Source of the DNA: an uncultured Bacteroides sp.
GTDB lineage: Bacteria; Bacteroidota; Bacteroidia; Bacteroidales; JACABE01
Reading direction: 5' to 3'
Assembly: GCA_964496885.1 (NCBI GenBank)
Contig: CAZCBG010000008.1
Location: 4,354 to 68,353 of the forward strand
DNA length: 64,000 nt
Position 1 is the first letter of the stretch. Each line of letters begins with the position of its first letter. Under the pieces are notes generated by a model. That model saw only the letters and a program-made list of their open reading frames with translations, was not told the origin of the DNA and made no database searches. The position numbers were made by a program, and so were the translations under genes. Shown piece by piece: positions 8,480 to 19,400 of the stretch.

Positions 8480-11400
8480 TTGGATAAAAATATTGATACT
8501 TTAATAAATACTATTGAAATTATTAAAAAAATGAAAAGAAAAAAATACTTTTTAGATTATTTTCCTAAGAACTTCAGGAAAAAGTTTTTTAACACCCTGC
8601 TATTGGGGATTTGTATGCTTGGGTTTATGAGCAAAACCGAAGCTCAGATACAATTTGTTTATACATCTGACGCGCATTATGGTATTACCAGAGCCCGTTT
8701 TCAGAAAGCTGCCAATGTAAGTGCAACTGTTGTTAATGGAGCAATGATTGCTAAAATGAACAATCTTACTCAATTGACATTCCCTAATGATGGTGGAGTT
8801 AGATCAGGTTATAAAGTTGACAGTGTTGATTTTGTTGTAATGACCGGCGATATAGCCAATCGTTCTGAAACTACTATTATTCCAACCCTGAGTGCTTCTA
8901 CTTGTTGGTCGCAATTTGCCAATGATTACATTAATGGAACTACATTAAAAGATAAAACGGGTAGCAATTCAAAACTTTATTTATTACCTGGAAATCATGA
9001 TGTTTCCAATGCTATCGGGTTTTACAAAACGATGTCTCCTTTAAAGGATAGTGCTACTATGGTTAACATTTATAATATGATGATGCCAAGTCCACGGGCT
9101 GCAGGTAATTACAACTATGCTAATGAAAAAATTCATTATTCAAAAAATATTGGTGGCATTCATATGATGTTTGTTTGTATGTGGCCAGACTCTACAGAAC
9201 GTGTTTGGATGGCAAACGATTTAGCTACTGTTAGTTCTACAACTCCGGTATTTATTTTTACGCATGATCAGCCTTTAGTAGAATCAAAACATTTAAGCAA
9301 CCCAAATTCACCTTATACAATAAATAGTACTAATAAATTTGAAAATTTATTGTTAGAAAAATTTAAAGATGGAACTGCAATAACTGCTCCTTCCACTATT
9401 GAACAAAATGGCTTTGCAAGTTTTGTACAAGCACACCCTAACATTGTTGCGTATTTTCATGGTAATGATAATCAAAACAATTATTATAAATACTATGGAC
9501 CCAATAATAATATTGCTATAGATATTATTCAGGTTGATTCTCCAATGAAAGGGAATATATCTGCAACAGATGAAACCAAATTATCTTTCCAGTTAATTAC
9601 CATCGATACTTTATTAAAAGTGATGACCGTTCGCGAATGTCTTTATAATACAGATACCAATAATGTATATTCACCTATTATTTTTGGGAGTTCAAAAACC
9701 ATAAATTTTGATGTTGCTAACTATGCTCAAAATACCAGCACAGCCGGCACAAAGATATGCTCAGCAACTGATTTACATTTAATGCATCCATCATTATTAG
9801 TGAATGACGGAGTTGCTTTCCAAACTTATCTTGCAAGCGATAGAAAACTTATAAAAGAAAGTAATGCTATTATGCAGGAACTTAAAAACAGAATTTACGA
9901 AGAAAGACCTGAAATTTTCTTAGTTCCAGGAGATCTTACTAAAGATGGTGAAAAAATAAGTCACCAATTAATGGCTACTTATCTTGATTCTATTGAAATG
10001 AACGGAGTAACTAAAGTATATGTTATTCCCGGAAATCATGATGTGAATAACGTTAGTGCTTACAGTTATGATGGAAGTAATGTTACTAAAGTAGATTCAG
10101 TTTCTCCTTCTGATTTTAAAACTATATACAATAATTTTGGTTATGGCGAAGCTGTTAAAACAGATACTGTTTCTCTTTCCTATCTTGCAAAACCTAAATC
10201 TAAAACCTGGGTTTTAGGAATAGATGTTTTAGAATACGATTTAAATATGGCGGCCGGATATCCTATCACAGAAGGCAAATTTAAACCTTCTACTTATAAA
10301 TGGGTTCTCGACCGATTAAAAGAAGCAAAAGATTCAAGTGCTGTTGTTTTAGGTATGATGCATCCTGGACTTACCGAACATTATACCGGACAAAGTGTAT
10401 CTTTCCCCGAATATGTTGTTTTAGGTTGGGATACTATTTCAAAAAACTTTGCAAAAGCAGGATTAAAAATGATGTTTACAGGACATTTTCATGCAAATGA
10501 TATAACCAAAAAATCTAATCCAGGAAATTCTTCTTTTGTTTATGATATTGAAACAGGCTCAACGGTAACATGGCCTTGTCCTTACAGAGTTATGGATCTT
10601 AAAGGAGATAGTATATTAAATGTAGTTACCAACCGTATTCAGAATATTAATTACAATACCAATGGCATGACATTCCAGAATTATGCCTTGAATTATTTAA
10701 ATACTGGTATGACTGGTATTATAAATTATCAGTTAACTCATCCACCTTATTCTTTGGATGCAGGTACAGCAGCTGCTGTTACACCTCATGTTGTAAGTGC
10801 CTTTACAGCCCATTATGCGGGTGATGAAACAATACCTGCCTCTGAACAGGGATTTATCAGCTATTTAAATTCAGTTGGACAATTTTCACTTGCTTCTTCT
10901 TTAACTAATATGTGGACAGATTTAACCCCAAGTGATAATCTTGTTGCTTTGCCATTAAAGAGTTCAATTGATACTATTAATACTATTATTAATAATTTAA
11001 TTCAATCTGACTATACTGTACCAAGCTGGACTCTTTTCTTAAGAGCTAAAACAGCAATGGTTGCTAATCAGGATTCTGCAAGTATTGCTAATATGTATTC
11101 TGTGATTGCAAAAATGAAATCTTCATCTATGCCATACAATATAGTAATGAATATTAATAAAGATCCTAAAACCAAGATGGCTTTCAACTGGTTTACCAAT
11201 GCTGGTGTAACTGGCGGACAAGTTCAGATAGTAACTGGAAATACAAATGATACTTTAGCATTTAATACTCCATTAATGGTTGTAAGTGCTAGATGTGATT
11301 CAGCTAAAAATCTTAATTATAGCAATAGTGCAAATGGGTTATTACCATTAACCGGTATTGCTGATAATTCTAAAAAAACTTATATGTTTAACAAAGCTTT

Positions 11401-13942
11401 AGTAAATGGTTTAACTCCAAACACACAATACTCTTTCAGAGTTGGTAAAAACGGAGCTTGGAGTACTATTGGATCTTTCAAAACTGCAAAAACTACCAAA
11501 GATGCTTTCTCTTTTGTTTATTTTACCGATCCACAAGCAAACACTGATGCCATGTTTAATGTTTCTCAAATTACCACTCATGCTGCTCAGACCATGTATC
11601 CAAATGCTAACTTCTGGTTAAGCTGTGGTGATTTGGTGGAATCCTCAGGTTCGGCAAATTCAGAATGGGAATATGAACAATTTTTCGAGACACAACAGGA
11701 TATTTTCATGAAGAATCCTTTTGCTCCTATTGAAGGAAACCATGACATTACTACAAATAAAAACTTTACCTACCATTTTAACACTGATTCTGTTGCTTTT
11801 GATTATGCAAAAGCAACAACACCCGGTAGCGTTTATTCATATGTTTATGGTGATGCTTTATTTATGCACTTGACTTACGAAAATTACAGTACAACAGGTT
11901 ATCTTGATTCATTGGCTAACTGGATGAATACCCAGGTAAAAGCTAATCCAACTACAAAATGGAGAATAGCCGTTTATCATAAAACAATGTATACAGGAAG
12001 CCAAAGTCATCAAAGTGATTCAGATGGTAAAACAGTTCGTTTGAAAATGGGACCTGTTTTCGATAGTTTAAAAGTAGATTTAGCTTTCCAGGGACATGAT
12101 CATGTTTATGAAATAATTGGACCTGTAAAAAATGTTTCATTAATACCTAATGCTGTTTCTAATCAAACTATAGTTACTGCAACGGTACGTGATAATGTTA
12201 CCGGATTACTAGGTGGTACTTTTGATGTAAAACAAGGAACATTATTTTTCTTAAACAATTCAGCTGGAAAGAAAAAATATGAACCACGTTCTTTAGCTCA
12301 AATGAATGCAGCTTATTCTGCAACACAAGTTCCAAATTATTTTGGAATGTTTACAGGTAGATTTGGTCAAACAGGCGAACCTACTTTCAGTAATGTTACT
12401 ATTAGTACTGATTCAATCAATATTTCTACTTATACTGTTGATAGTGTAGGAAATTCAACTATTTTTGATTCGTACAAAATTGTTAAAACTGATCAAGATA
12501 ATACATGGAATGGTTCTGCTGATAACAATTGGAACAAAGCTTCAAACTGGTCAGAAGGATTAATACCTACCCAGAATCAGAATGTGATAATACCTACTAA
12601 CGTTCCTAATTTCCCGACCGTTAGTTCTCCAGCTATCATTAACAATCTGACTGTTCAATCCAATTCAACTGCAACTGCCTCATTGTTGGATAATGGCCTT
12701 TTAACTTTAAATGGTAATGCTAGCATTAAATGTTACTTAAGTGGAAACAAATGGCATATGATTTCAATTCCAGTTCAATCAGCTACTTCAAGTGTATTTA
12801 ACTTAGGAGCCGGACAAGCTGATATTTATGCTAAAGGATACAGCAATGGTAACTGGGATAGTTTGATAACAAATCCAACTACTCCGCTTGTACTTAATAA
12901 AGGTTATGCTGTTTGGGCTGATACCCTAACTAATTCTACACCAAATCCAACATTAACTTTTACCGGAACTTTCAATACAGGAATCCAAACGCTACCTACC
13001 GAAACTGGCTGGAACCTGATCGGGAATCCTTTTATTTCTGCTATTGACTGGAATACGCTGAATTTAACCAATGTCAATGGTCAGGCTGTTAGAGTTTGGA
13101 ATCATGATTTACAACTTTATTCAACTTATAGCGCAATTGGTGGAGGTGTAGATGGTGGTAATCAATATTTATCTCCAATGCAGGCTTTCTTTGTTAAAGG
13201 ATTGAATACTGATGGTATAGCAATTTCTCATCCAAACAGAATTCATAATCCTCAACCTTTAATGAAAAGTGCTAACTCAACTATCAGTAATTTATTAAAA
13301 ATAAAAGCTCAGAGAAGTACTTATACTGATGAGATTAATGTTGTCTACAATACCATTGCAACGAATGGATATGATCCATTGTATGATGCCAATAAATTAT
13401 TTGTAACGGATAATAACATTCCTCAGGTATATTCATTAGCTAATAACAATGAATTAGCTATCAATGTATTTGGAAGTTTACCTGCAGCTATTCCTATGAA
13501 CATCAAATTAGGCGTTCCAGGAATTGTTAGTTTGACAGCTTCTGAAACAAATAGTTTTGATGCAAATATTTCAATTAAATTAGAAGATATTTTAAGTGGA
13601 ACTATTCAGGATTTACGCCAAAACCCTGTTTACGCTTTTAGTGCTTCGGCAAATGAAAATGCAAATAGATTCATTTTACATTTTGCATTGGCTCCAAATA
13701 GTATAAATGAAGCACCAATCAACAATACAAGTATTTATGCTTTCGATAAAACTATTTATGTAAATTCTAATGATAAAGTTAAAGAAATCAGTATTTATAA
13801 TATGCTTGGCCAGTTAATAACTTCAAAAATATGCAATGGCAGTGCCTTTAACTCAATTTCAATAAATAAAGCTTCAGCATTTTATATGGTTAGAGTTATT
13901 ACTGACAAAACTACTTACTCTGAAAAAGTATTTATAAAATAA
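8480..13942 (+). CDS. T9SS-secreted multidomain phosphoesterase: three calcineurin-like metallophosphoesterase domains (third is purple-acid-phosphatase type with FN3), a beta-rich stalk and a T9SS CTD (likely start is the ATG at 8531)
   Basis: Three motif sets: SDAHYG/GDIAN/GNHD/THDQ/FHGND; TDLHL/GDLT/GNHD/MHPG/GHFH; TDPQ/GDLVE/GNHD/YHKT/GHDH. Signal peptide ends TEA-Q. C-terminus YNMLGQL...KVFIK. Confidence 0.9.
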   Translation: MDKNIDTLINTIEIIKKMKRKKYFLDYFPKNFRKKFFNTLLLGICMLGFMSKTEAQIQFVYTSDAHYGITRARFQKAANVSATVVNGAMIAKMNNLTQLTFPNDGGVRSGYKVDSVDFVVMTGDIANRSETTIIPTLSASTCWSQFANDYINGTTLKDKTGSNSKLYLLPGNHDVSNAIGFYKTMSPLKDSATMVNIYNMMMPSPRAAGNYNYANEKIHYSKNIGGIHMMFVCMWPDSTERVWMANDLATVSSTTPVFIFTHDQPLVESKHLSNPNSPYTINSTNKFENLLLEKFKDGTAITAPSTIEQNGFASFVQAHPNIVAYFHGNDNQNNYYKYYGPNNNIAIDIIQVDSPMKGNISATDETKLSFQLITIDTLLKVMTVRECLYNTDTNNVYSPIIFGSSKTINFDVANYAQNTSTAGTKICSATDLHLMHPSLLVNDGVAFQTYLASDRKLIKESNAIMQELKNRIYEERPEIFLVPGDLTKDGEKISHQLMATYLDSIEMNGVTKVYVIPGNHDVNNVSAYSYDGSNVTKVDSVSPSDFKTIYNNFGYGEAVKTDTVSLSYLAKPKSKTWVLGIDVLEYDLNMAAGYPITEGKFKPSTYKWVLDRLKEAKDSSAVVLGMMHPGLTEHYTGQSVSFPEYVVLGWDTISKNFAKAGLKMMFTGHFHANDITKKSNPGNSSFVYDIETGSTVTWPCPYRVMDLKGDSILNVVTNRIQNINYNTNGMTFQNYALNYLNTGMTGIINYQLTHPPYSLDAGTAAAVTPHVVSAFTAHYAGDETIPASEQGFISYLNSVGQFSLASSLTNMWTDLTPSDNLVALPLKSSIDTINTIINNLIQSDYTVPSWTLFLRAKTAMVANQDSASIANMYSVIAKMKSSSMPYNIVMNINKDPKTKMAFNWFTNAGVTGGQVQIVTGNTNDTLAFNTPLMVVSARCDSAKNLNYSNSANGLLPLTGIADNSKKTYMFNKALVNGLTPNTQYSFRVGKNGAWSTIGSFKTAKTTKDAFSFVYFTDPQANTDAMFNVSQITTHAAQTMYPNANFWLSCGDLVESSGSANSEWEYEQFFETQQDIFMKNPFAPIEGNHDITTNKNFTYHFNTDSVAFDYAKATTPGSVYSYVYGDALFMHLTYENYSTTGYLDSLANWMNTQVKANPTTKWRIAVYHKTMYTGSQSHQSDSDGKTVRLKMGPVFDSLKVDLAFQGHDHVYEIIGPVKNVSLIPNAVSNQTIVTATVRDNVTGLLGGTFDVKQGTLFFLNNSAGKKKYEPRSLAQMNAAYSATQVPNYFGMFTGRFGQTGEPTFSNVTISTDSINISTYTVDSVGNSTIFDSYKIVKTDQDNTWNGSADNNWNKASNWSEGLIPTQNQNVIIPTNVPNFPTVSSPAIINNLTVQSNSTATASLLDNGLLTLNGNASIKCYLSGNKWHMISIPVQSATSSVFNLGAGQADIYAKGYSNGNWDSLITNPTTPLVLNKGYAVWADTLTNSTPNPTLTFTGTFNTGIQTLPTETGWNLIGNPFISAIDWNTLNLTNVNGQAVRVWNHDLQLYSTYSAIGGGVDGGNQYLSPMQAFFVKGLNTDGIAISHPNRIHNPQPLMKSANSTISNLLKIKAQRSTYTDEINVVYNTIATNGYDPLYDANKLFVTDNNIPQVYSLANNNELAINVFGSLPAAIPMNIKLGVPGIVSLTASETNSFDANISIKLEDILSGTIQDLRQNPVYAFSASANENANRFILHFALAPNSINEAPINNTSIYAFDKTIYVNSNDKVKEISIYNMLGQLITSKICNGSAFNSISINKASAFYMVRVITDKTTYSEKVFIK

Positions 13943-13978
13943 ACTAAATTTTATTAATTTTAAAATATATATATTAAC

Positions 13979-14200
13979 ATGAAAAATTCAATCAAAAAAA
14001 TTATCATACTTTTTTTTCTCTTAGCTGCCCCTGTTGTTATGAGCAATGTAATTGCTGATAACCCACAAAGTCCGGGTGGAAATCCATCAGGAGGAGTTCC
14101 CATTGATGGAGGAGCAAGTATAGTAATTGCTGCCAGCGCAATATATGGTGCCAGAAAAGCCCGTAAAGCATTGAAAACTAAAAAAGATGAAATTAATTAA
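13979..14200 (+). CDS. Small signal-peptide + PIDGG-TM-basic protein (PID-CTERM-like sorting-domain protein), copy 1
   Basis: Signal peptide (..VIA), then DNPQSPGGNPSGGV, then PIDGG, a hydrophobic helix and RKARK. 69/73 aa identical to the 26715 copy, with synonymous codon differences. Confidence 0.85.
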   Translation: MKNSIKKIIILFFLLAAPVVMSNVIADNPQSPGGNPSGGVPIDGGASIVIAASAIYGARKARKALKTKKDEIN

Positions 14201-14222
14201 TTAATCATTTCTTATACAATTC

Positions 14223-14259
14223 AAAGAGGCTGAATTCTTTCATAGATTCAGCCTCTTTT
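14223..14259 (+). terminator. Intrinsic terminator
   Basis: aaagaggctgaat-tctttcatag-attcagcctcttt(t), a 13-bp stem. Confidence 0.8.
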
Positions 14260-14403
14260 AATTTTATGTAATCAAAAAAAGCATTAAAAACTTTAATAAG
14301 TAGTGTATATTCTTTCGATGATGATCCTTGTTCTTTCAAAAGCTAATAATATATAATTAAATCATTTTTAAAAATTTATTCAGTTTCTCAATATTATTTA
14401 AGC

Positions 14404-14470
14404 TTAATATTTATATAATCATATCATAACATTAAATTAATCTGTTTTTAATTTACAATAATGAAATTTG
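14404..14470 (+). promoter_or_regulatory. Candidate Pho-box-like array plus variant -7 element upstream of the TBDR operon
   Basis: ttaatat (14404), ataatca (14415), ataacat (14426), ttaatct (14437), ttaattt (14448); GAAATTTG at 14463, 26 bp after 14437. Confidence 0.55.
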
Positions 14471-14540
14471 CAAAAAATAATATAGCATTACTTTAATTTA
14501 TTTAAAATTTACCTTATCAATATTAACTAAGAAAATTCAA

Positions 14541-15323
14541 ATGAAATATAATTTCATTATTTTAATATTATTATTTATAAATTTCAATTTGTTAGCTCAG
14601 AACAAAGAAAATAATTATATAATTACGCATAATGACAGTTTAGCATTGGAAAATATTATAGTTGAAAAATATTATATTGCCGATTCAACTGACTATCTGG
14701 ATTCAACCAAAAATTCTCTTCCTCTTGGTTCTGTAACTTACAGAATCTTTGTTGATATGAAACCTGCTTATAAACTACTATCTGTATTTGGAAGTCTAAA
14801 ACATGAATTATTTTTTTATTCAACCGAAAAATTTTTTAATGATTTGGAAGCTGATGCTATTACAGGTTTTAATATTAATATAAAAAATATCAGTAAAGCA
14901 AATATTGCATTGGATTCATGGATTACATTAGGCGCAGCTGCCAGAGGATTTACAGGCATCCCAAGAAATGAAGATACTATGGGATTAAAATTAATATACA
15001 ATAGGCCTTCCTTATATAAAGCCGGAGGATTTACAAAAGCAATTTTACCTGATTTTAAGCACTTCAACCTCGATTTCAGTGTTTTTGAAAAAGACACTAA
15101 CCAAGGAAGATTTTACACAAACAATGGAGCTTGGGCTGCACCTGGTGGTGTTAAAGGTCCCACACCTGATAATAAAGTTCTGATAGCTCAGATTACTACA
15201 AATGGTAAATTGAGTTTTAAACTGAATGTTCAAATTGGAACACCAAGTGGTGGATTTGTAATTTTCGTAGCTGATAAGCCCGAAGAAAATGAAATTGAAT
15301 TCAACAAATTGATTTTAAAATAA
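14541..15323 (+). CDS. Secreted protein consisting only of the unassigned VEKYY/TYRI/DSW/AQITT domain (paralogue 1)
   Basis: Signal peptide (LLA-Q); IVEKYYI, GSVTYRIFVDMKP, LDSWITLGAA, VLIAQITTNG, LNVQIGTP; no T9SS CTD. Confidence 0.85.
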   Translation: MKYNFIILILLFINFNLLAQNKENNYIITHNDSLALENIIVEKYYIADSTDYLDSTKNSLPLGSVTYRIFVDMKPAYKLLSVFGSLKHELFFYSTEKFFNDLEADAITGFNINIKNISKANIALDSWITLGAAARGFTGIPRNEDTMGLKLIYNRPSLYKAGGFTKAILPDFKHFNLDFSVFEKDTNQGRFYTNNGAWAAPGGVKGPTPDNKVLIAQITTNGKLSFKLNVQIGTPSGGFVIFVADKPEENEIEFNKLILK

Positions 15324-15350
15324 ATATATTAACCTTTAAATTATTACATT

Positions 15351-16448
15351 GTGAACAAAATTTATACAAATTTCTTATTCATAAGTCTGACATTTTTTGT
15401 AACTTTTTATAGTTATGCTCAGCATGGTCTCGATTCAGTCATAGTTGAAAAATATTATATTTCAAATTCAGCAGATTCAATTAAAAGTATTGGAATATTA
15501 CCTGCTAAATCTGTAACCTATAGAATATTTGTTGATATGAAACCTGGTTATAAATTTCAATCATCTTATGGAAGTGTGAATCATCCTCTTTTGATAACAA
15601 CAACTACTTCTTTTTTCAACAATGAAGATTATGGTTCAATATCTCCTGTATATACAAAAACACAAGCAAAGAAAAATACTGTTATGCTTGATTCCTGGCT
15701 ATCAGTAGGATCTGCATGTGTAGGTAATTTTGGCATTCTAAAATCAAGAGATAATGGTGTTGCTAATGTTATAAACGCAGATACAATTTTACAAAACAAT
15801 GATACTGCTGCAGGTATTCCTTTAACACAACAGGATGGCTTAATTAGCGGTAGTACGGGTACTTTTGGAGCCATTGGGATTGATAATGCTATAGCAGTTT
15901 TTGATGCAAGCAGTCAATTCGGAAATTCTTTTGTAGTTACCAATGGAGCATGGTATTGTTTAGCTGGTGCTATAGGTCCTGATACGAATAATCAGGTACT
16001 CATAGCCCAAATTACTACCAATGGCAGATTAAGGTTTAAACTAAATCTTCAATTAGGCACACCTACAGGAGGTACAGAAAATTATGTAGCTGAAAATCCA
16101 ATTGATTCGACTGAACACCAACGAGGTTATTTAACCTATGTTTCAGACACGAATATTAATATTATTGTTAATACGAATGATTTCAAAGAAAAAGAAAACT
16201 ACATCTCTGTTTTCCCCAATCCATCCAATGGTATTTATACGTTGAATGTATATTCTGTTGGTTTGAATTCTGAAAATTATTATTCCATCTATTCTATAAT
16301 GGGAAATTTAATTCTCAAGAAAAAAATGAACACTTTTATAGATGCTAAATCTGAAACCATCGATATAACATCAGTTCCTAAAGGTGTCTATTTTATTGAA
16401 ATTAATTTGAATGGGGTTTCATCTACAAAAAAAATAATTAAAAATTAA
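15351..16448 (+). CDS. T9SS cargo with the unassigned domain (paralogue 2)
   Basis: Same motifs as paralogue 1. C-terminal SVFPNPSNG...YSIMGNLI...KGVYFIEI...KKIIKN is a type A CTD. Confidence 0.88.
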   Translation: MNKIYTNFLFISLTFFVTFYSYAQHGLDSVIVEKYYISNSADSIKSIGILPAKSVTYRIFVDMKPGYKFQSSYGSVNHPLLITTTTSFFNNEDYGSISPVYTKTQAKKNTVMLDSWLSVGSACVGNFGILKSRDNGVANVINADTILQNNDTAAGIPLTQQDGLISGSTGTFGAIGIDNAIAVFDASSQFGNSFVVTNGAWYCLAGAIGPDTNNQVLIAQITTNGRLRFKLNLQLGTPTGGTENYVAENPIDSTEHQRGYLTYVSDTNINIIVNTNDFKEKENYISVFPNPSNGIYTLNVYSVGLNSENYYSIYSIMGNLILKKKMNTFIDAKSETIDITSVPKGVYFIEINLNGVSSTKKIIKN

Positions 16449-16481
16449 TTTTTTTCATCATTTAGTTTAATAACATTTCTT

Positions 16482-19400
16482 TTGTCCATATTCAGAACCT
16501 CTTTAGATCATAAATTTGAATATTTTATGAAATCATTCTTATTTCTTATTTCTATTATTTTTTTAATTTCTACAAATATATTTTCACAATGTATCATCAG
16601 AGGTAAGGTAACAGACTCAAAAGGTGAAACAATAGTTGGTGCATCTGTTTATCCAAAATCAAAAATGAATTTAGGTGTAGCTACCGACTTAAACGGTGAA
16701 TTTTCAATAAATTTACCTGAATCAGAAAAAGAAATTATAATCGTAAGATATATAAGTTATCAATCCATAGAAGACACTATAAAATACAAAAAAGGTATTA
16801 TTATAAAAAATTATGTTTTGGAAACTGTAACCAAAGCATTAAATGAAGTTGTTATCACTGCTAAAGCTTATAAAAATAATGATGCTCAGCTGGAAAAATT
16901 GAAAATGATTTCAATTTCTACAATTGATTATATTTCTGCTGAAACTATTAAAAAAACCGGTGATGCCAATGTAGCTTCAGCTGTTTCGCGTATTACCGGG
17001 GTTTCAACAACTAGCAGCGGATTGATTACAGTGCGCGGTGTAGGAGACCGATATGTAAAAACAACAATAAACGGAGCCCGAATACCCACCTTAGATCCTT
17101 TTACAAATAATATTAAATTAGATTTTATTCCTTCAAGTCTTGTCGATAATATTATCTTGTCAAAAACTTCCAGGCCCGATTTACCCGGAGACTGGGCAGG
17201 TGCTTTTATTTCAATTGAAACTAAAGATTATCCTGATACCCTTTCTTTATTTACAGAAACATCTTTTGGTTACAATTCCCAATCAACATTTAAAGATGTT
17301 CTTACTTCTCAAACAAGTTCAACCGACTGGCTTGGCTTTGATAATGGATTTCGTGACTTTGATCATAGTAATTATATTCAATTTAATAATACGCCTACAA
17401 AATATCAGGAATTTGCTGCCTTAGGTTTAGGCAATTTTTTTCAGTCGCTAGGCATAAATGCTAGCACACCCTGGAATGATACTTATTTTAAATTGGGATT
17501 AATTCAATTAGGATTATTAGGCAATGCACAAATAAATGATCCTCTAGCATTTCAAAATGCTACGAATATATATAATTCATTAGCTTATAAGGGAAAAGCT
17601 TTTAATATTATTAATTCAACTGCTGTTGAATCAGAGAAAAAACTTCCAAATAACTGGAATACAACAACTAAAAAAGCACCTATAAGTTTAAGTCAGAGTT
17701 TTTCAATTGGAAATCAAACAAAATTATTTGGGAAAACACTTGGTTATATAATTGGTTTGAGGTATTCAAGTTCTGTTCAATATGATCCGAATACGATTAA
17801 AAATGATTTTTCATTTCAATTTAACAATTTTAATTTACTTGATACGAATAGAAGTACATTTTCAAAATATCAGTTCATCAGCAAAGAGACAAACAGCTGG
17901 AGTGGTTTAATAAAATTAGCTTTAAAACTAAATAATAACAATAATTTTTCTTTCCTTTTTATGCCCAACATAATAGGAACAAATAATGTAAGAGATGCTG
18001 AATATGTTGAACCGGCTTCAAATGATCCAACGAATAACCCTCCAACTATAAATTATTCCAAATATCAATTTTATGAATCAAGGAAACAATTTATTTACCA
18101 GTTAAAAACCGAGCATTTTATTCCATCTAGAAAAATAAAAATTGATTTCAATGCTTCTTACACCAATGGGAAAAGCAATGCACCTGATTCAAAAATTTAT
18201 GAAAAGAAATTTGTAGATTCAAATGTTCCGAATGATTATTCAATCTATTTTACTTTTCCTGCTGTTAATATTAGTGATAAAAATAAACCTATCCGGTATT
18301 TTCGATTACTCACCGATAATGTTTTAAATGCACAGATTTCAGCAGAAATGCCTATTGACAAAAATCCTGATTTAATTCGAAAAATTAAAATTGGCAGCGA
18401 ATTTATTTATAATTATTTAGAAAATGAAAGCAATGTATATCAGTTTGTAAATGGTAACGGTTTTATTGATCCTACAGTTCAAACTTTACAAAAACTAAAT
18501 CCAGACTCTATTTTTAATATTGTAACTATTAATAATGGAGGAAATTTGCAACGATCAGTATATGGATTTTATGAGAAATACAGTAGGCCTATCGATGATT
18601 TTTTTGGGTACAGTACTATTTTCGCCTCTTATGCAATGGCAGATTATACGATAAGTCCAAAAATGAGAGCATCTGGTGGCCTCAGAATTGAAAAAGCTAA
18701 TATATATACAGATTGTAAGTTTTTTGATGAATTAGGTATAGTTGCCAATGATAATAGAAGAAAAATTGTAGATGTAAGAGGTACACAAATGGATGTTGAA
18801 CCCGGAGTATTGGATAAAGTATCTTTTTTGCCAAGTGTGAATTTTATTTTAAAATTAAAAAACACCGAATCATCTCTAATTAATTTAAGACTAAATTACA
18901 GCCAATCCGTTGCCCGTCCTAGTATCAGAGAACTTTCTGAAACTTCATTTTATGATTTTGAAACAAATTCTTATGTAAAAGGCAATGCTCAACTTAAAAT
19001 GGTAAAAATTAATAATCTTGACGCAAGAATAGAATATTATTTTAAATCGGGTGATAATATTTCAGCCAGTTTGTTTTATAAAGGCTTTGAAAATCATATT
19101 GAATTATCGAGTTGGGGATATGTATTATCTTGGATCAATAATCCGAATTATACAAATTTATATGGATTGGAACTGGAAGGTAAGAAAAATATAACTAAAC
19201 ACCTAGAATTTAAAGCAAATCTATCTTTAATATATTCTCAATCTGTATTAAATGGTGGAATATTATATGATTTAATGGGTCATATTTTCTTTTTAAAAGG
19301 TGGAAAAAGACCTATGTTTGGACAGGCACCTTACGTTTTAAACACTATGTTAACATATAATTTCCCTAAATATGGAATATCAACAACCTTAAGTTATAAC

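Larger units (their letters stand above)
12500..14259 (+). repeat. Copy 1 of a ~1.75-kb duplicated cassette (3' ~480 codons of a T9SS cargo gene + PIDGG micro-protein gene + terminator)
   Basis: Aligns by eye with 25250-26993, e.g. GNKWHM.SIPVQSATS, GYAVWADT, YLSPMQAFFVKGLNT and the near-identical CTD. Confidence 0.92.
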
